64,000 nt of DNA from Candidatus Woesearchaeota archaeon (GTDB lineage Archaea; Nanobdellota; Nanobdellia; Pacearchaeales; GW2011-AR1). Position 1 is the stretch's first letter, and each line of letters begins with the position of its first letter. Both the position numbers and the translations under genes were made by a program. The stretch is from contig CAZXHH010000001.1 of NCBI GenBank assembly GCA_964639615.1, positions 68,092 through 132,091 on the forward strand, written 5' to 3'. Positions 18,772 through 27,829 of the stretch are shown one piece after another. The notes under the pieces were generated by a model, which saw nothing but the letters and a program-made list of their open reading frames with translations, searched no databases and was not told where the DNA came from.

Positions 18772-18987
18772 ATGAATGGTGAAACATGTGAAAATAGTAA
18801 TTGTCATTGCAGAAATGGTATGATAAGAATTGGAGCAATGGCTTTTATCCTATTCTTAGTTACTGTCTGGCCAAAAGTTGGAAACTGGCTTACAAGTGTT
18901 CCATGGTGGGTTTACCTTATAATCTGGATAGTGTTTTGCGGTGCATCAATGGGAATGAAGAACAAATGTATGTGCTGTAAAAAATAA
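18772..18987 (+). CDS. Small Cys-flanked 2-TM protein, possibly N-terminally interrupted
   Basis: 2 TM helices flanked by Cys clusters; in-frame SD-led ATG at 18742 is followed by TAA at 18751. Confidence 0.65.
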   Translation: MNGETCENSNCHCRNGMIRIGAMAFILFLVTVWPKVGNWLTSVPWWVYLIIWIVFCGASMGMKNKCMCCKK

Positions 18988-19070
18988 TTAAATTATTTTT
19001 TTAATTACGATTTCTAATTTTTTATTTATTTTAAAAACATTTATAAAATCAGAAAAAATCAGATATTCTC

Positions 19071-19400
19071 ATGGGATTTTATAGAGATGAAGAAAAAAGA
19101 GAATACATACGTGAAATTAAGAGAGATAGAAAATTAGGTAGAAATCTTTTTATCGGAGGATTAGCAGGACTTTCGCTATTGGGCTTAGAATATCTTACTG
19201 GAATTTCTCCAGAGATTACCAATGTCCCTGTTGACCAAATGAATTTTTATCAAGATTTACATTTAGGAGTATTATTATTATCTTCTTTAGCGGCCGGGGG
19301 CGGAGCATCAATTTATGGAATAACTTACCTTGTTGGCCCAAAGATGAATAAAACAAAATCAAAAGAAAATAATCTTGAAAAAACATCAAAAAAAGATTAA
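19071..19400 (+). CDS. Hypothetical 2-TM membrane protein
   Basis: TTTATAAA at 19040; two hydrophobic segments. Confidence 0.7.
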   Translation: MGFYRDEEKREYIREIKRDRKLGRNLFIGGLAGLSLLGLEYLTGISPEITNVPVDQMNFYQDLHLGVLLLSSLAAGGGASIYGITYLVGPKMNKTKSKENNLEKTSKKD

Positions 19401-20225
19401 TTTTTCTAATTCTTTTATACTTTTTACTCTAGAAATCTCATCTCTTAGCTTTGCAGAACCTTTTATCCCTTTTGTAAAATTGCTAAACTGAAGTTTTATT
19501 TGCCTAAAAGGAAGTTTGTATTTTTTGGCAAGAGTAAAGTATTCTTCAAAAGACTTTTCAAAATGGGTATTTGTTAGTTTGGAAAATATTTCTGGTCTTC
19601 CTATTGCCTCTCTTCCAATCATAACATAATCAAATTTCTTTAATAGTTCTTTACAGTTCTTCTCATTAACATTTCCGGAATAAATTACAGGTAAGAAAGT
19701 TTTTGATTTTATTTCTTCTGCAAATTTTAAATCTGGTTCTCCTGAATAACCCTGAGACTGCGTTCTTGGATGAATGCACACTGCATCACAATATTTTTCT
19801 GCAAGTTTCAATATTTCAAAAGAAATATCTGATTTTCTCATTTTAAGAGTTAGAGGTTTTTTTGTATTTTTTCTCATAACTTTCAATATTTTTTCTACTA
19901 TTGCTAAATCTTTCAAAAAACTTCCAAACCCGTGTCTTCTTGCATTTTTTGCTGGACATCCCAAATTTAAATCCCAGAAAGTTACCTGAGAATCATATTT
20001 TTCCATAAATTCTTTTATCCCATTGGTATTTGTACAGAAAAGCTGTAGAGCTGGTTTATCGTCTAAAAAAATTTCTTTTTTGTTAAGAGGATTAATCATC
20101 CCAGTATAAGTTAAACCACAACCTGCTTTTTTACAAATAAGTCTAAAAGCAATATCATTTATCTCTTCCATTGGAGCAAGAAATATTCTGTTCTTTAAAT
20201 TTAAACTTTCAAATTTATTTTCCAT
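19386..20225 (-). CDS. tRNA-dihydrouridine synthase (Dus family)
   Basis: LAPM, QLF, DLNLGCP, IHPRT, YSGNV and VMIGR. Confidence 0.9.
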   Translation of the reverse strand: MENKFESLNLKNRIFLAPMEEINDIAFRLICKKAGCGLTYTGMINPLNKKEIFLDDKPALQLFCTNTNGIKEFMEKYDSQVTFWDLNLGCPAKNARRHGFGSFLKDLAIVEKILKVMRKNTKKPLTLKMRKSDISFEILKLAEKYCDAVCIHPRTQSQGYSGEPDLKFAEEIKSKTFLPVIYSGNVNEKNCKELLKKFDYVMIGREAIGRPEIFSKLTNTHFEKSFEEYFTLAKKYKLPFRQIKLQFSNFTKGIKGSAKLRDEISRVKSIKELEKLIFF

Positions 20226-20232
20226 AAAATCA

Positions 20233-20439
20233 TTAAAATAATTTAAACAAACTAATTACTGCTCCAATAATTGTTGTTACGATTACAATCCAGCCAAAAA
20301 CAACCATAACTGCATGAGGAATAAATCCAATCTGTAAAACTCCGTCAATCATTCCAAATGCAACAGCCAGAGAAACAATAATTCCTGTTAACCAAATAAT
20401 AAAATTCAAAAAGTTACTAAAGAAATTTATTTTTGCCAT
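20233..20439 (-). CDS. Small 2-TM membrane protein
   Basis: TAATG coupling to argS; hydrophobic. Confidence 0.7.
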   Translation of the reverse strand: MAKINFFSNFLNFIIWLTGIIVSLAVAFGMIDGVLQIGFIPHAVMVVFGWIVIVTTIIGAVISLFKLF

Positions 20440-22154
20440 TACATCTGCTCCAAAGGTTCAATTCCTAAAAGATTTAATGAATTTGCTAAAACTTGCTTAA
20501 AACAAATTACTAAATCCGCCCTAAACTTTTCTTTGTCTGAATGCAAAACTGGACAAGCATGATAAAATTCATTAAATGTCTTAGCTAATGAATAAGCATA
20601 GTTTGCTAATATAGATGGATTTAATTCACTAAATGATTTTGCAAGAATCTCTTTAAAATCTGCTAATTTTTTTAACAGGGCAATTTCTTTTTCTTCTAAT
20701 TCTTCAATAGAATATTCTTTGTCTGCACTTTCTGAACTCTTTTTCTTTTTTAATTTCTTTAAGATGCTTGAGGCCCTTGCATAACTATAAAGAATATATG
20801 GGCCAGTATCCCCTTCAAAATCTATTGATTCTTTAGGATTGAATATCATATCTTTCTTTGTATCTACCTTAAGAAGAATATATTTTATTGCTGCAAGAGC
20901 AATTTTAAGACTTCTCTCTTCAAGTTGCTTTTTATTAAGTTTATATCTTGATTTTAACTCCTCTTTTACTAGATTCTGAACCTCATCAATTAGATTGTCT
21001 GCATCAACTACTGTCCCTTCTCTTGATTTCATTCTTCCTTCTGGTAAATTAACCATTCCGTAAGAAAGATGTTTCATCCCTTCAGTTTTTAATCCCAATT
21101 TTTTCAGAATGGTAAACAAAACATCAAAATGATAGTTCTGTTCATTTCCAACAACGTAAATAGATTTGTCAAGTTTATGTTTGTTATACTTCAATTGAGC
21201 TAAATATAAATCCTGGGTAATGTAAATTGAAGTGCCGTCTTCCCTTAACAAAACTTTTTCTCCAAATCCTTCTTTTTTCAAATCAGCAATAACAAATCCA
21301 TCTTTTTTTGTAAATATATTATCTTTAAGTCCTTTTTCTACAATTTCTTTTCCCTTTTCATAAATTTGACTTTCAAAATATTCTACATCATGATAAATTC
21401 CAAATCTCTTGTAAGTCTGCTTAAATCCATCTAATGCCCATTTATTCATTTTTTTCCAAAGTGCAATAACTTTTTTGTCTCCTGCTTCCCATTCCTGAAG
21501 CATTCTATGAGATTCTTGTTCCATTTGAAAATCTGTTTTCTCTTTTTGATTAAACAAAACATAATAATCTCCTACAAAATGGTCTGATTTCTGCTTTTTA
21601 GTTGGTTTCTTGTTCTTACCATATTTATCATAAGCGGCCATTGATTTACAAATGTGTATTCCTCTATCATTATTTAGATTTGCACGAATTACTTTCTCTC
21701 CATAAAATTCTGAAATTCTTGATACACTCTCTCCAATAGTCATATTTCTCAAATGTCCTAAATGTAGTGGCTTGTTTGTGTTTGGAGAAGGAAATTCTAC
21801 CATTGTTTTTATTCCAGATTGTTTTATTCTGCCATACCTATCTGCATCAAATTTAATTTGTTCTATTAGTTTCTTGGCTAATTCTTTTCTGTCAACAAAG
21901 AAGTTTATGTAAGGCCCACTTGTCTGTATATCATCGAAACCTTTTGGGATATCTTTGATATGTCCTCTTATATTAAGTGCAACTTCTGATGGAGGAGATT
22001 TTAACTTTGAAGCAAGGAAAAAGCAAGGAAAAGCATAATCTCCTTTATCTGGAGTAGGAGGAACCTCAATAAATTTCTTAATTTCTTCCTCTTTTAATTG
22101 CAATCCTTCTTCTTTTATAGCTTTAATAAGAATTTTCAAAATCACATCTTCCAT
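20439..22154 (-). CDS. argS: Arginine-tRNA ligase
   Basis: GDYAFPCF, GPYINF, SPNTNKPLHLGHLRN, MKSREG and FEGDTGPY. Confidence 0.97.
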   Translation of the reverse strand: MEDVILKILIKAIKEEGLQLKEEEIKKFIEVPPTPDKGDYAFPCFFLASKLKSPPSEVALNIRGHIKDIPKGFDDIQTSGPYINFFVDRKELAKKLIEQIKFDADRYGRIKQSGIKTMVEFPSPNTNKPLHLGHLRNMTIGESVSRISEFYGEKVIRANLNNDRGIHICKSMAAYDKYGKNKKPTKKQKSDHFVGDYYVLFNQKEKTDFQMEQESHRMLQEWEAGDKKVIALWKKMNKWALDGFKQTYKRFGIYHDVEYFESQIYEKGKEIVEKGLKDNIFTKKDGFVIADLKKEGFGEKVLLREDGTSIYITQDLYLAQLKYNKHKLDKSIYVVGNEQNYHFDVLFTILKKLGLKTEGMKHLSYGMVNLPEGRMKSREGTVVDADNLIDEVQNLVKEELKSRYKLNKKQLEERSLKIALAAIKYILLKVDTKKDMIFNPKESIDFEGDTGPYILYSYARASSILKKLKKKKSSESADKEYSIEELEEKEIALLKKLADFKEILAKSFSELNPSILANYAYSLAKTFNEFYHACPVLHSDKEKFRADLVICFKQVLANSLNLLGIEPLEQM

Positions 22155-22204
22155 TAAATATTAAATAAAAAAAGATTAATAAATGTTATTCTCCATATAA
22201 ATTA

Positions 22205-22447
22205 ATGCCAAATCAAAAAGAGGCTTTAGATAGACTAAATAAAGAGAAAGATTATGAGGATAAAATAGCAAATGATTTGTTAAACTATTATCTTGTTTCT
22301 ATTGACAAAATATTTGATTTAACTTCAACTCAAAGAAATAAAATAAGAGAAGGATTATCAACTATCGCGCACGATTCCCAGATGCACAGCGAGATGTTTA
22401 ATCTTTTGATAAATTACGTATTGAACAATGGAGAAACTGAATACTAA
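22205..22447 (+). CDS. Ferritin-like half-domain protein A
   Basis: Two long helices with EKDYE and DSQMH (degenerate ExxH); overlaps the next gene. Confidence 0.55.
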   Translation: MPNQKEALDRLNKEKDYEDKIANDLLNYYLVSIDKIFDLTSTQRNKIREGLSTIAHDSQMHSEMFNLLINYVLNNGETEY

Positions 22448-22643
22448 AAAACAACTTCTTGAAGGCCTGAAAGACTTACTTGCAGTTGAAATTCTTGCAA
22501 GAAAAAGTTATGAAAAAGATATTATGACATTTAATAATTTTAAGATAGTGGATACTATTGAGAAGATAAAGATAGATGAAGACAGACATATTAATATGCT
22601 AAAAGAGATGATAAAACTCCTTGAAAAGAAGAAAGAGGAGTAA
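22428..22643 (+). CDS. Ferritin-like half-domain protein B
   Basis: LAVEILARKSY...KIDEDRHINML matches the E-x6-Y...ExxH ferritin/rubrerythrin helix pair. Confidence 0.7.
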   Translation: MEKLNTKKQLLEGLKDLLAVEILARKSYEKDIMTFNNFKIVDTIEKIKIDEDRHINMLKEMIKLLEKKKEE

Positions 22644-22680
22644 TCAAAACATTTATAATTGATTTTTTTCTAGATTTTTT

Positions 22681-22929
22681 ATGGCAGAAATAAATAAAGA
22701 CAATCTTGAAAAAGCACTTGGAGATAAAGCTGAAAAGAAGGGACAACCAATGCCAAAAGAAATGGAAATTGGATTCCATCAAGGTTCTTTGAATACACTT
22801 CTTAATGAAAGAAATGAGATGATAAGAATGGTTCAGCAGATTGAAAGAGTTATGCAAATGCATGTGAAAAGACTTGAAGAACTAGGTGTTAAAATAAAGG
22901 TTGAAAAACCAGAAGAAAAGAAAAAATAA
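22681..22929 (+). CDS. Hypothetical coiled-coil protein
   Basis: EIGFHQGSLNTLLNERNE followed by an amphipathic helix; TATA upstream. Confidence 0.75.
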   Translation: MAEINKDNLEKALGDKAEKKGQPMPKEMEIGFHQGSLNTLLNERNEMIRMVQQIERVMQMHVKRLEELGVKIKVEKPEEKKK

Positions 22930-22984
22930 GCTTCTTTTTATTCTAAATAGCAAGAGTTATAAATAATTAATATTTAACTTAAAA

Positions 22985-24118
22985 ATGGATAGTGAAAAGA
23001 GATTTAATCTTATCAAAAGAAATACAGAAGAAGTTATGACTGACGAGGACTTGAAAGCTCTTCTTGAAAGCGGAATAAAAATAAAACATTATATTGGTTT
23101 TGAAATTTCTGGAAAAATTCATCTTGGAACAGGATTAATGTGCATGTCTAAAGTAAAAGACTTTATGGATGCAGGAGTGGATTGTTCTATATTTTTAGCA
23201 GACTGGCATACCTGGATAAACGACAAATTAGGCGGAGACAGAGATGTAATCAAAAGAGTTGCTGTTGAATATTTTAAAGAAGGTATGGAAGCTAGTTTAA
23301 AATGCCTTGGTGGGGACCCAAAAAAATTGAAATTTGTTCTTGGAAGTGATTTATATCATCACAATGATGATTACTGGGTTACAATGGTTGATATTAGCAA
23401 AAACATTAATCTTGCAAGAATGATGAGGAGTATTACAATCTTAGGTAGAAAAGAAGGAGAAGGGGTTGATTTTGCTAAATTAATTTACCCTTCAATGCAA
23501 GTTGCGGATATTTTTGCACAAGGAATTAATCTTCCTCATGCTGGTCTAGACCAGAGAAAAGCTCAAGTTATTGCGAGAGAAGTTGCTTTAAAATTAAAGG
23601 AAAATGCTTTATTAGATAAAGAAGGTAAAAAAATCAAACCTGTTGCAGTTCATCACCATTTACTTTTAGGATTAGGAAAACCTTCAATCTGGCCTGTTAC
23701 AAAAGAACAGCTTCCAGAATTATTATCTGAATTAAAAATGAGTAAATCTAAACCAGACAACTGCGTATTTATTCATGATTCTCCTGAAGAGATTAAAAGA
23801 AAAATTAATCAGGCATTTTGTTTGGAAGGTGAAACTGAATTTAATCCAATTCTAGACTGGACAAAATATTTAATTTTTAGAGATGAAAAATGTAAATTGG
23901 AAATTAAAAGACCTGAAAAGTTCGGTGGAAATAAAACTTATACTTCTTACAAGGCTCTTGAAGAAGATTTTAAAGAGAAAAAATTGCATCCAATGGATTT
24001 GAAAAATGCTGTAGTGGAAGCATTGATAGTACTTCTTGAACCTGCTAGGAAACATTTTGAAAAACCAAAGCAAAAAAAGATGCTTGAAGAACTTGATGAA
24101 ATTCTAAAGAAGAAATAA
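22985..24118 (+). CDS. tyrS: Tyrosine-tRNA ligase (archaeal type)
   Basis: YIGFEISGKIHLG, YPSMQVADI, GLDQRK, KMSKS and LHPMDLK. Confidence 0.96.
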   Translation: MDSEKRFNLIKRNTEEVMTDEDLKALLESGIKIKHYIGFEISGKIHLGTGLMCMSKVKDFMDAGVDCSIFLADWHTWINDKLGGDRDVIKRVAVEYFKEGMEASLKCLGGDPKKLKFVLGSDLYHHNDDYWVTMVDISKNINLARMMRSITILGRKEGEGVDFAKLIYPSMQVADIFAQGINLPHAGLDQRKAQVIAREVALKLKENALLDKEGKKIKPVAVHHHLLLGLGKPSIWPVTKEQLPELLSELKMSKSKPDNCVFIHDSPEEIKRKINQAFCLEGETEFNPILDWTKYLIFRDEKCKLEIKRPEKFGGNKTYTSYKALEEDFKEKKLHPMDLKNAVVEALIVLLEPARKHFEKPKQKKMLEELDEILKKK

Positions 24119-24132
24119 ATTTTATTTAATGT

Positions 24133-24342
24133 CTAATCATCATACTCGGGGATTACTTTTTTATAAAAAATGCTTAAAATCCAACGAGTAATTACTCCAA
24201 AGACAATTATTCCTATAAAAAACATAATCCAACTCATTACATTATCCAAATCTGAATATAAAAGTTCTATACCTAAACCTATTATTCCTCCGAATAATGC
24301 TCCAATTAATAAATAAATCATTTCTTTAGTTGGTTTCTTCAT
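24133..24342 (-). CDS. Small 2-TM membrane protein
   Basis: ATGA overlap with the upstream HNH-TM gene. Confidence 0.65.
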   Translation of the reverse strand: MKKPTKEMIYLLIGALFGGIIGLGIELLYSDLDNVMSWIMFFIGIIVFGVITRWILSIFYKKVIPEYDD

Positions 24343-25547
24343 TTTATTTCTAAATAAGATTTAATCTCTAAATTACAAATTTCATCTGTGCAACCAAAAC
24401 TAGCATATTTGTAAGGATTAAAAGTTTTTTCAGAATTTGCAGATATCTTAAATGTTTCTACCTCGGTTATATCTACTCCAAGAATAGAAGAATATAGTCG
24501 ATACATCACATTAACAGAAATATCCTTATCTTGATTATTTGCTATCCTAATCCTTGAGCCATTATTTTGAACGATTAAAAGATTATTCTGGTAGTCTTGA
24601 ACTCCTCTTTGGTATTGTTCTAAAGATATCTCTTTTAATTCATTGCTTTTATAATCAAACCACCTACCTGCTCCACAATCACAATCAATAATCTTAACTC
24701 TTATATCAATAGAATAAGAATTTAAAATCCAGGGAGAACAAACCTTCGTGCAAAAGTCTCTAACTATTGGAGAACTATCTCCTTGTGCATACCAATCTAT
24801 TCCATTAAAACTTTGGATAATCGTCTCTAGATTATTTTCTGAATTTTCTTCTTTTTTATTATCTGGATAAAATAGAATTATTCCAAGAATTATTAAAATA
24901 ATTCCAAGAATACCCCCAATTATCCTTCTCTTTTTTTTCTTTCTTCTCTCTGTATCTCTTCTTTCTTTTTCCTCTCTTCTCATTTGTTCTTCTTTAAACA
25001 ATCTTTTTCTTTTCTCTTCTTCTTTTCTTTCAATCTTTCTTTTTTCTTCTTGTAATTTTTCATATTTTTCTTTTTCTTCTTTTCTTTTTTCTTCTTGAAG
25101 AGATATTTTTCTTTCTTCAACTAATCTCTTTTCTTGCTTAGCTTTTGTTTCCCAATATAATTTTTCTCTTCTTTCTTTTGTTAGCGTGGCCTCTTGAAGA
25201 ATAATTTCTCTTTTCTCTGGAAAAGTTAGTTTCTTATTTCCTTCTGCTCTTTTGTTTATTAAAAAAATATCAATTTGTTTAGAATTTTCAAATTTCCTTT
25301 TTTTTCTAATTTGTTCCCCATGTATCCAATCATGCTCTTCTTTTGTGCAAATATAAAGATTTTTTATGGAATTATTGAATGTCTCCCCATCAATATGGTG
25401 AACAATATAAGCACCAAATGGTTTTTGATATTTGTCTCTGTCTTTATCATAGATATATTTTTTTGCTACTTCTCTACTTTGCAGATTTCCTTCTTCTGTA
25501 AGTATGTATTCATTGTTAGGATTATTTCTAAATCTCTCTAACGGCAT
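24339..25547 (-). CDS. HNH endonuclease domain + charged coiled coil + single TM + extracytoplasmic domain
   Basis: VHHIDGETFNNSIKNLYICTKEEHDWIH, E/K/R-rich helix, RRKKKKRR-IIGGILGIILIILGIILF TM, Cys-containing C-terminal domain. Confidence 0.8.
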   Translation of the reverse strand: MPLERFRNNPNNEYILTEEGNLQSREVAKKYIYDKDRDKYQKPFGAYIVHHIDGETFNNSIKNLYICTKEEHDWIHGEQIRKKRKFENSKQIDIFLINKRAEGNKKLTFPEKREIILQEATLTKERREKLYWETKAKQEKRLVEERKISLQEEKRKEEKEKYEKLQEEKRKIERKEEEKRKRLFKEEQMRREEKERRDTERRKKKKRRIIGGILGIILIILGIILFYPDNKKEENSENNLETIIQSFNGIDWYAQGDSSPIVRDFCTKVCSPWILNSYSIDIRVKIIDCDCGAGRWFDYKSNELKEISLEQYQRGVQDYQNNLLIVQNNGSRIRIANNQDKDISVNVMYRLYSSILGVDITEVETFKISANSEKTFNPYKYASFGCTDEICNLEIKSYLEIK

Positions 25548-25643
25548 TAATTTCTAAAGTATTCAAATCTTTAAACCTTTTCATTAAAATCCCAGAAAGA
25601 ACGACCTCTAACTCAATTATATTTTGAATAGGCTAATCTAAAC

Positions 25644-26033
25644 TTAACTTTTAAATTCCCAAGCTCCTTTAATAATTATTTTGGGATTATCTATACTTAA
25701 TGCTTCTTTAAAACCTCTAACAAAAAAGTCAAGAGTTGTATACATTGACCAAGAACCATTTTCTATTTTTAGGATAAATGTTTGTTCATTCATTTGTTCA
25801 AACTTATGTATTGAATCAGAAGATACTTCTCTTGAAAGATTATTATAAAGCATAAAAACTTTTCTTGAATTTTCAACATTATTTGGAAATCTAATTCTTA
25901 TTTGAGCTTTTGCAGGCTTTACACTGATTTGTTCTCGTGTTATAACTATGCTTTGCTTTTCACGTTCTTTTTCGTAAGTTTGTGCTTCACTCAATTTTAA
26001 ACTTCCATCAGGATTAAATTGTAAAAAGCCCAT
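25644..26033 (-). CDS. Hypothetical protein
   Basis: 129-aa ORF with TATA upstream. Confidence 0.7.
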   Translation of the reverse strand: MGFLQFNPDGSLKLSEAQTYEKEREKQSIVITREQISVKPAKAQIRIRFPNNVENSRKVFMLYNNLSREVSSDSIHKFEQMNEQTFILKIENGSWSMYTTLDFFVRGFKEALSIDNPKIIIKGAWEFKS

Positions 26034-26068
26034 TTTAATTTTAAGAAAAAGTGTCTTTTAAATCTATT

Positions 26069-26093
26069 ATGCGGGTGAAAAGAAACTTACCTT
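26069..26093 (-). repeat. Degenerate direct repeat of the tRNA-Leu 3' end
   Basis: ATGCGGGTGAAA-N8-ACCTT at 26069 and again at 26135. Confidence 0.55.
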
Positions 26094-26135
26094 TGAATTT
26101 GGAAATTTCTAATTCTCCCTCCTACTTATTTGAAA

Positions 26136-26219
26136 TGCGGGTGAAAGGGTTCGGACCTTCGCAGGCATTAAGCCACTGGATCTTAAGTCCAGCCCGTTTG
26201 ACCACTCCGGCACACCCGC
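26136..26219 (-). tRNA. tRNA-Leu (TAA)
   Basis: GCGGGTG/CACCCGC acceptor, CTGGA-CTTAAGA-TCCAG anticodon arm, long variable arm; T-loop reads TCCGAAC. Confidence 0.9.
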
Positions 26220-26320
26220 ATACTCAAAAAGAATTCAAGAATTGGTTATAAATCTTACTACTAAAAACAATATTTATAAAGAAGAAATTCATTAGCTTAT
26301 CATCTTTGAAAGGAGGAAAA

Positions 26321-26755
26321 ATGTCTAAAAAAGATTTTGATACTGGTTCAAAAGTTCCATGGCAAGTTAAGACAATAGCAATTTTACACTATATTGCTAC
26401 AGGGTTGTGTATACTTATTGGGTTGTTTATGTTGTTAGGAGCAAAGGGGATAGTTTCTTCATTGGTTGCTTCTAGTCCTGATTTAGAAGGAATACTAACT
26501 TCTGGAATGATTGTTGCTATAGGAATAGTATTTTTCGCAGCTGGAGTTTTGGCTTTCTTTATAGGTAGGGGTCTTTGGAAATTAAGACTTTGGGCAAAAA
26601 TTGTTGCAATAATCTTTGCAATACTCGGCTTTTTATCTGCATTAGTTTCTGTATTTGTCGCATTTAGATGGACACTAATAATAAACCTGATAGTTTATGG
26701 TTTAATTAGCGGTTATTTGCTATTTGATAAAGAAGCTAGAAAAATATTCAAATAA
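26321..26755 (+). CDS. 4-TM membrane protein
   Basis: AGGAGG SD before ATG 26321; GRGLWKLRLWA motif between TM helices. Confidence 0.8.
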   Translation: MSKKDFDTGSKVPWQVKTIAILHYIATGLCILIGLFMLLGAKGIVSSLVASSPDLEGILTSGMIVAIGIVFFAAGVLAFFIGRGLWKLRLWAKIVAIIFAILGFLSALVSVFVAFRWTLIINLIVYGLISGYLLFDKEARKIFK

Positions 26756-26778
26756 ATTTTTTTATTTTTTATTTTTAT

Positions 26779-27780
26779 TTAGTCAAACATTTCTGAAATA
26801 GAAATTCCTTTCTGAGCTCTGTAAATTGCTTCAGCAAAAGTTGGAGTCATATCAATAATCTCAACTTTATCCTTTCCTTCTTTAGGAATATCGTGGGTAT
26901 TGCTCGCCATAACTAAATCAAAGTTTTTAGCTACACAATCTACTCCTTCTGTAAATAATCCGTGTGTTGAATATATCATTACCTTTTTTGCACCATTTTC
27001 CCTTAGCTTTTTAGAAGATTCAATAAATGTTCCTCCAGAATCACAAATATCATCTAAAATTAAAACATCTTTATTCTCAACATCCCCTAAAAACCACATG
27101 TTTCCAATTTCCCCGGGTTTTGAACGAAGTTTATGAGTAAATGCAAAATTATAATTATGTTCTGAAGAATTAGTTTTATTTGCATCAATCATTCTCTTAA
27201 GGAAAGACATTGCTCTTCCAACGCCCCCAGCATCAGGAGAAGCTATTACTAAATTTTCTAAATCAGAAGAATGATTCTTTTTAATATAATCTACAACTGT
27301 TGGAAAACTATAAAGATTATCTATAGGTATTGACGCTGGATAAAACCCTTGAATTTGAGGAGAGTGCATATCCATTGTAATTATTCTTTCTGTTTTTGGA
27401 GAAGTTAATGCTTTTGCTAAAGCTCTTGCAGATATTGGAACTCTAGATTTATCTTTTCTATCTTGCCTTGACCAATCCATATTTGGCAGAACATAACTTA
27501 AACTATTTACAGAAGCACTTAGAAGTAAATCTTGCATTAATTCTAACTCAACCCACCATCTACAAGGGTCTTTGTTTGAAGATTGAATATAATAAATATC
27601 TTTTCTTCTTACATTTTCTGGAACATGCGGTAAAAATTCATCATTACGAAAATTTGTATTTTCTATTGGGCTAAGAGTAAATTCCTTAAAATGATATTTA
27701 TCATGAAGATAATTTTGAATTTTTGCTCCAAAAGTCCAAGCAGGGGTTTTAGGATCTGCAAGAAGCACCACATTTTCCAT
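26779..27780 (-). CDS. prs: Ribose-phosphate pyrophosphokinase
   Basis: SRQDRK, TMDMHSPQIQGFY, SPDAGG, LILDDICDSGGT and THGLF. Confidence 0.93.
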   Translation of the reverse strand: MENVVLLADPKTPAWTFGAKIQNYLHDKYHFKEFTLSPIENTNFRNDEFLPHVPENVRRKDIYYIQSSNKDPCRWWVELELMQDLLLSASVNSLSYVLPNMDWSRQDRKDKSRVPISARALAKALTSPKTERIITMDMHSPQIQGFYPASIPIDNLYSFPTVVDYIKKNHSSDLENLVIASPDAGGVGRAMSFLKRMIDANKTNSSEHNYNFAFTHKLRSKPGEIGNMWFLGDVENKDVLILDDICDSGGTFIESSKKLRENGAKKVMIYSTHGLFTEGVDCVAKNFDLVMASNTHDIPKEGKDKVEIIDMTPTFAEAIYRAQKGISISEMFD

Positions 27781-27829
27781 AAAAATAAATCACAGAAATG
27801 CATTTATATTAATTGCTGTATTAAAATAT

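Noticed and set aside
24900..25200. CT-rich low-complexity tract that looks like a repeat array
   Set aside because: It is the antisense of E/K/R codons in the coiled coil, with no fixed unit or spacers.
26051..26251. 66-aa plus-strand ORF
   Set aside because: Antisense to tRNA-Leu.
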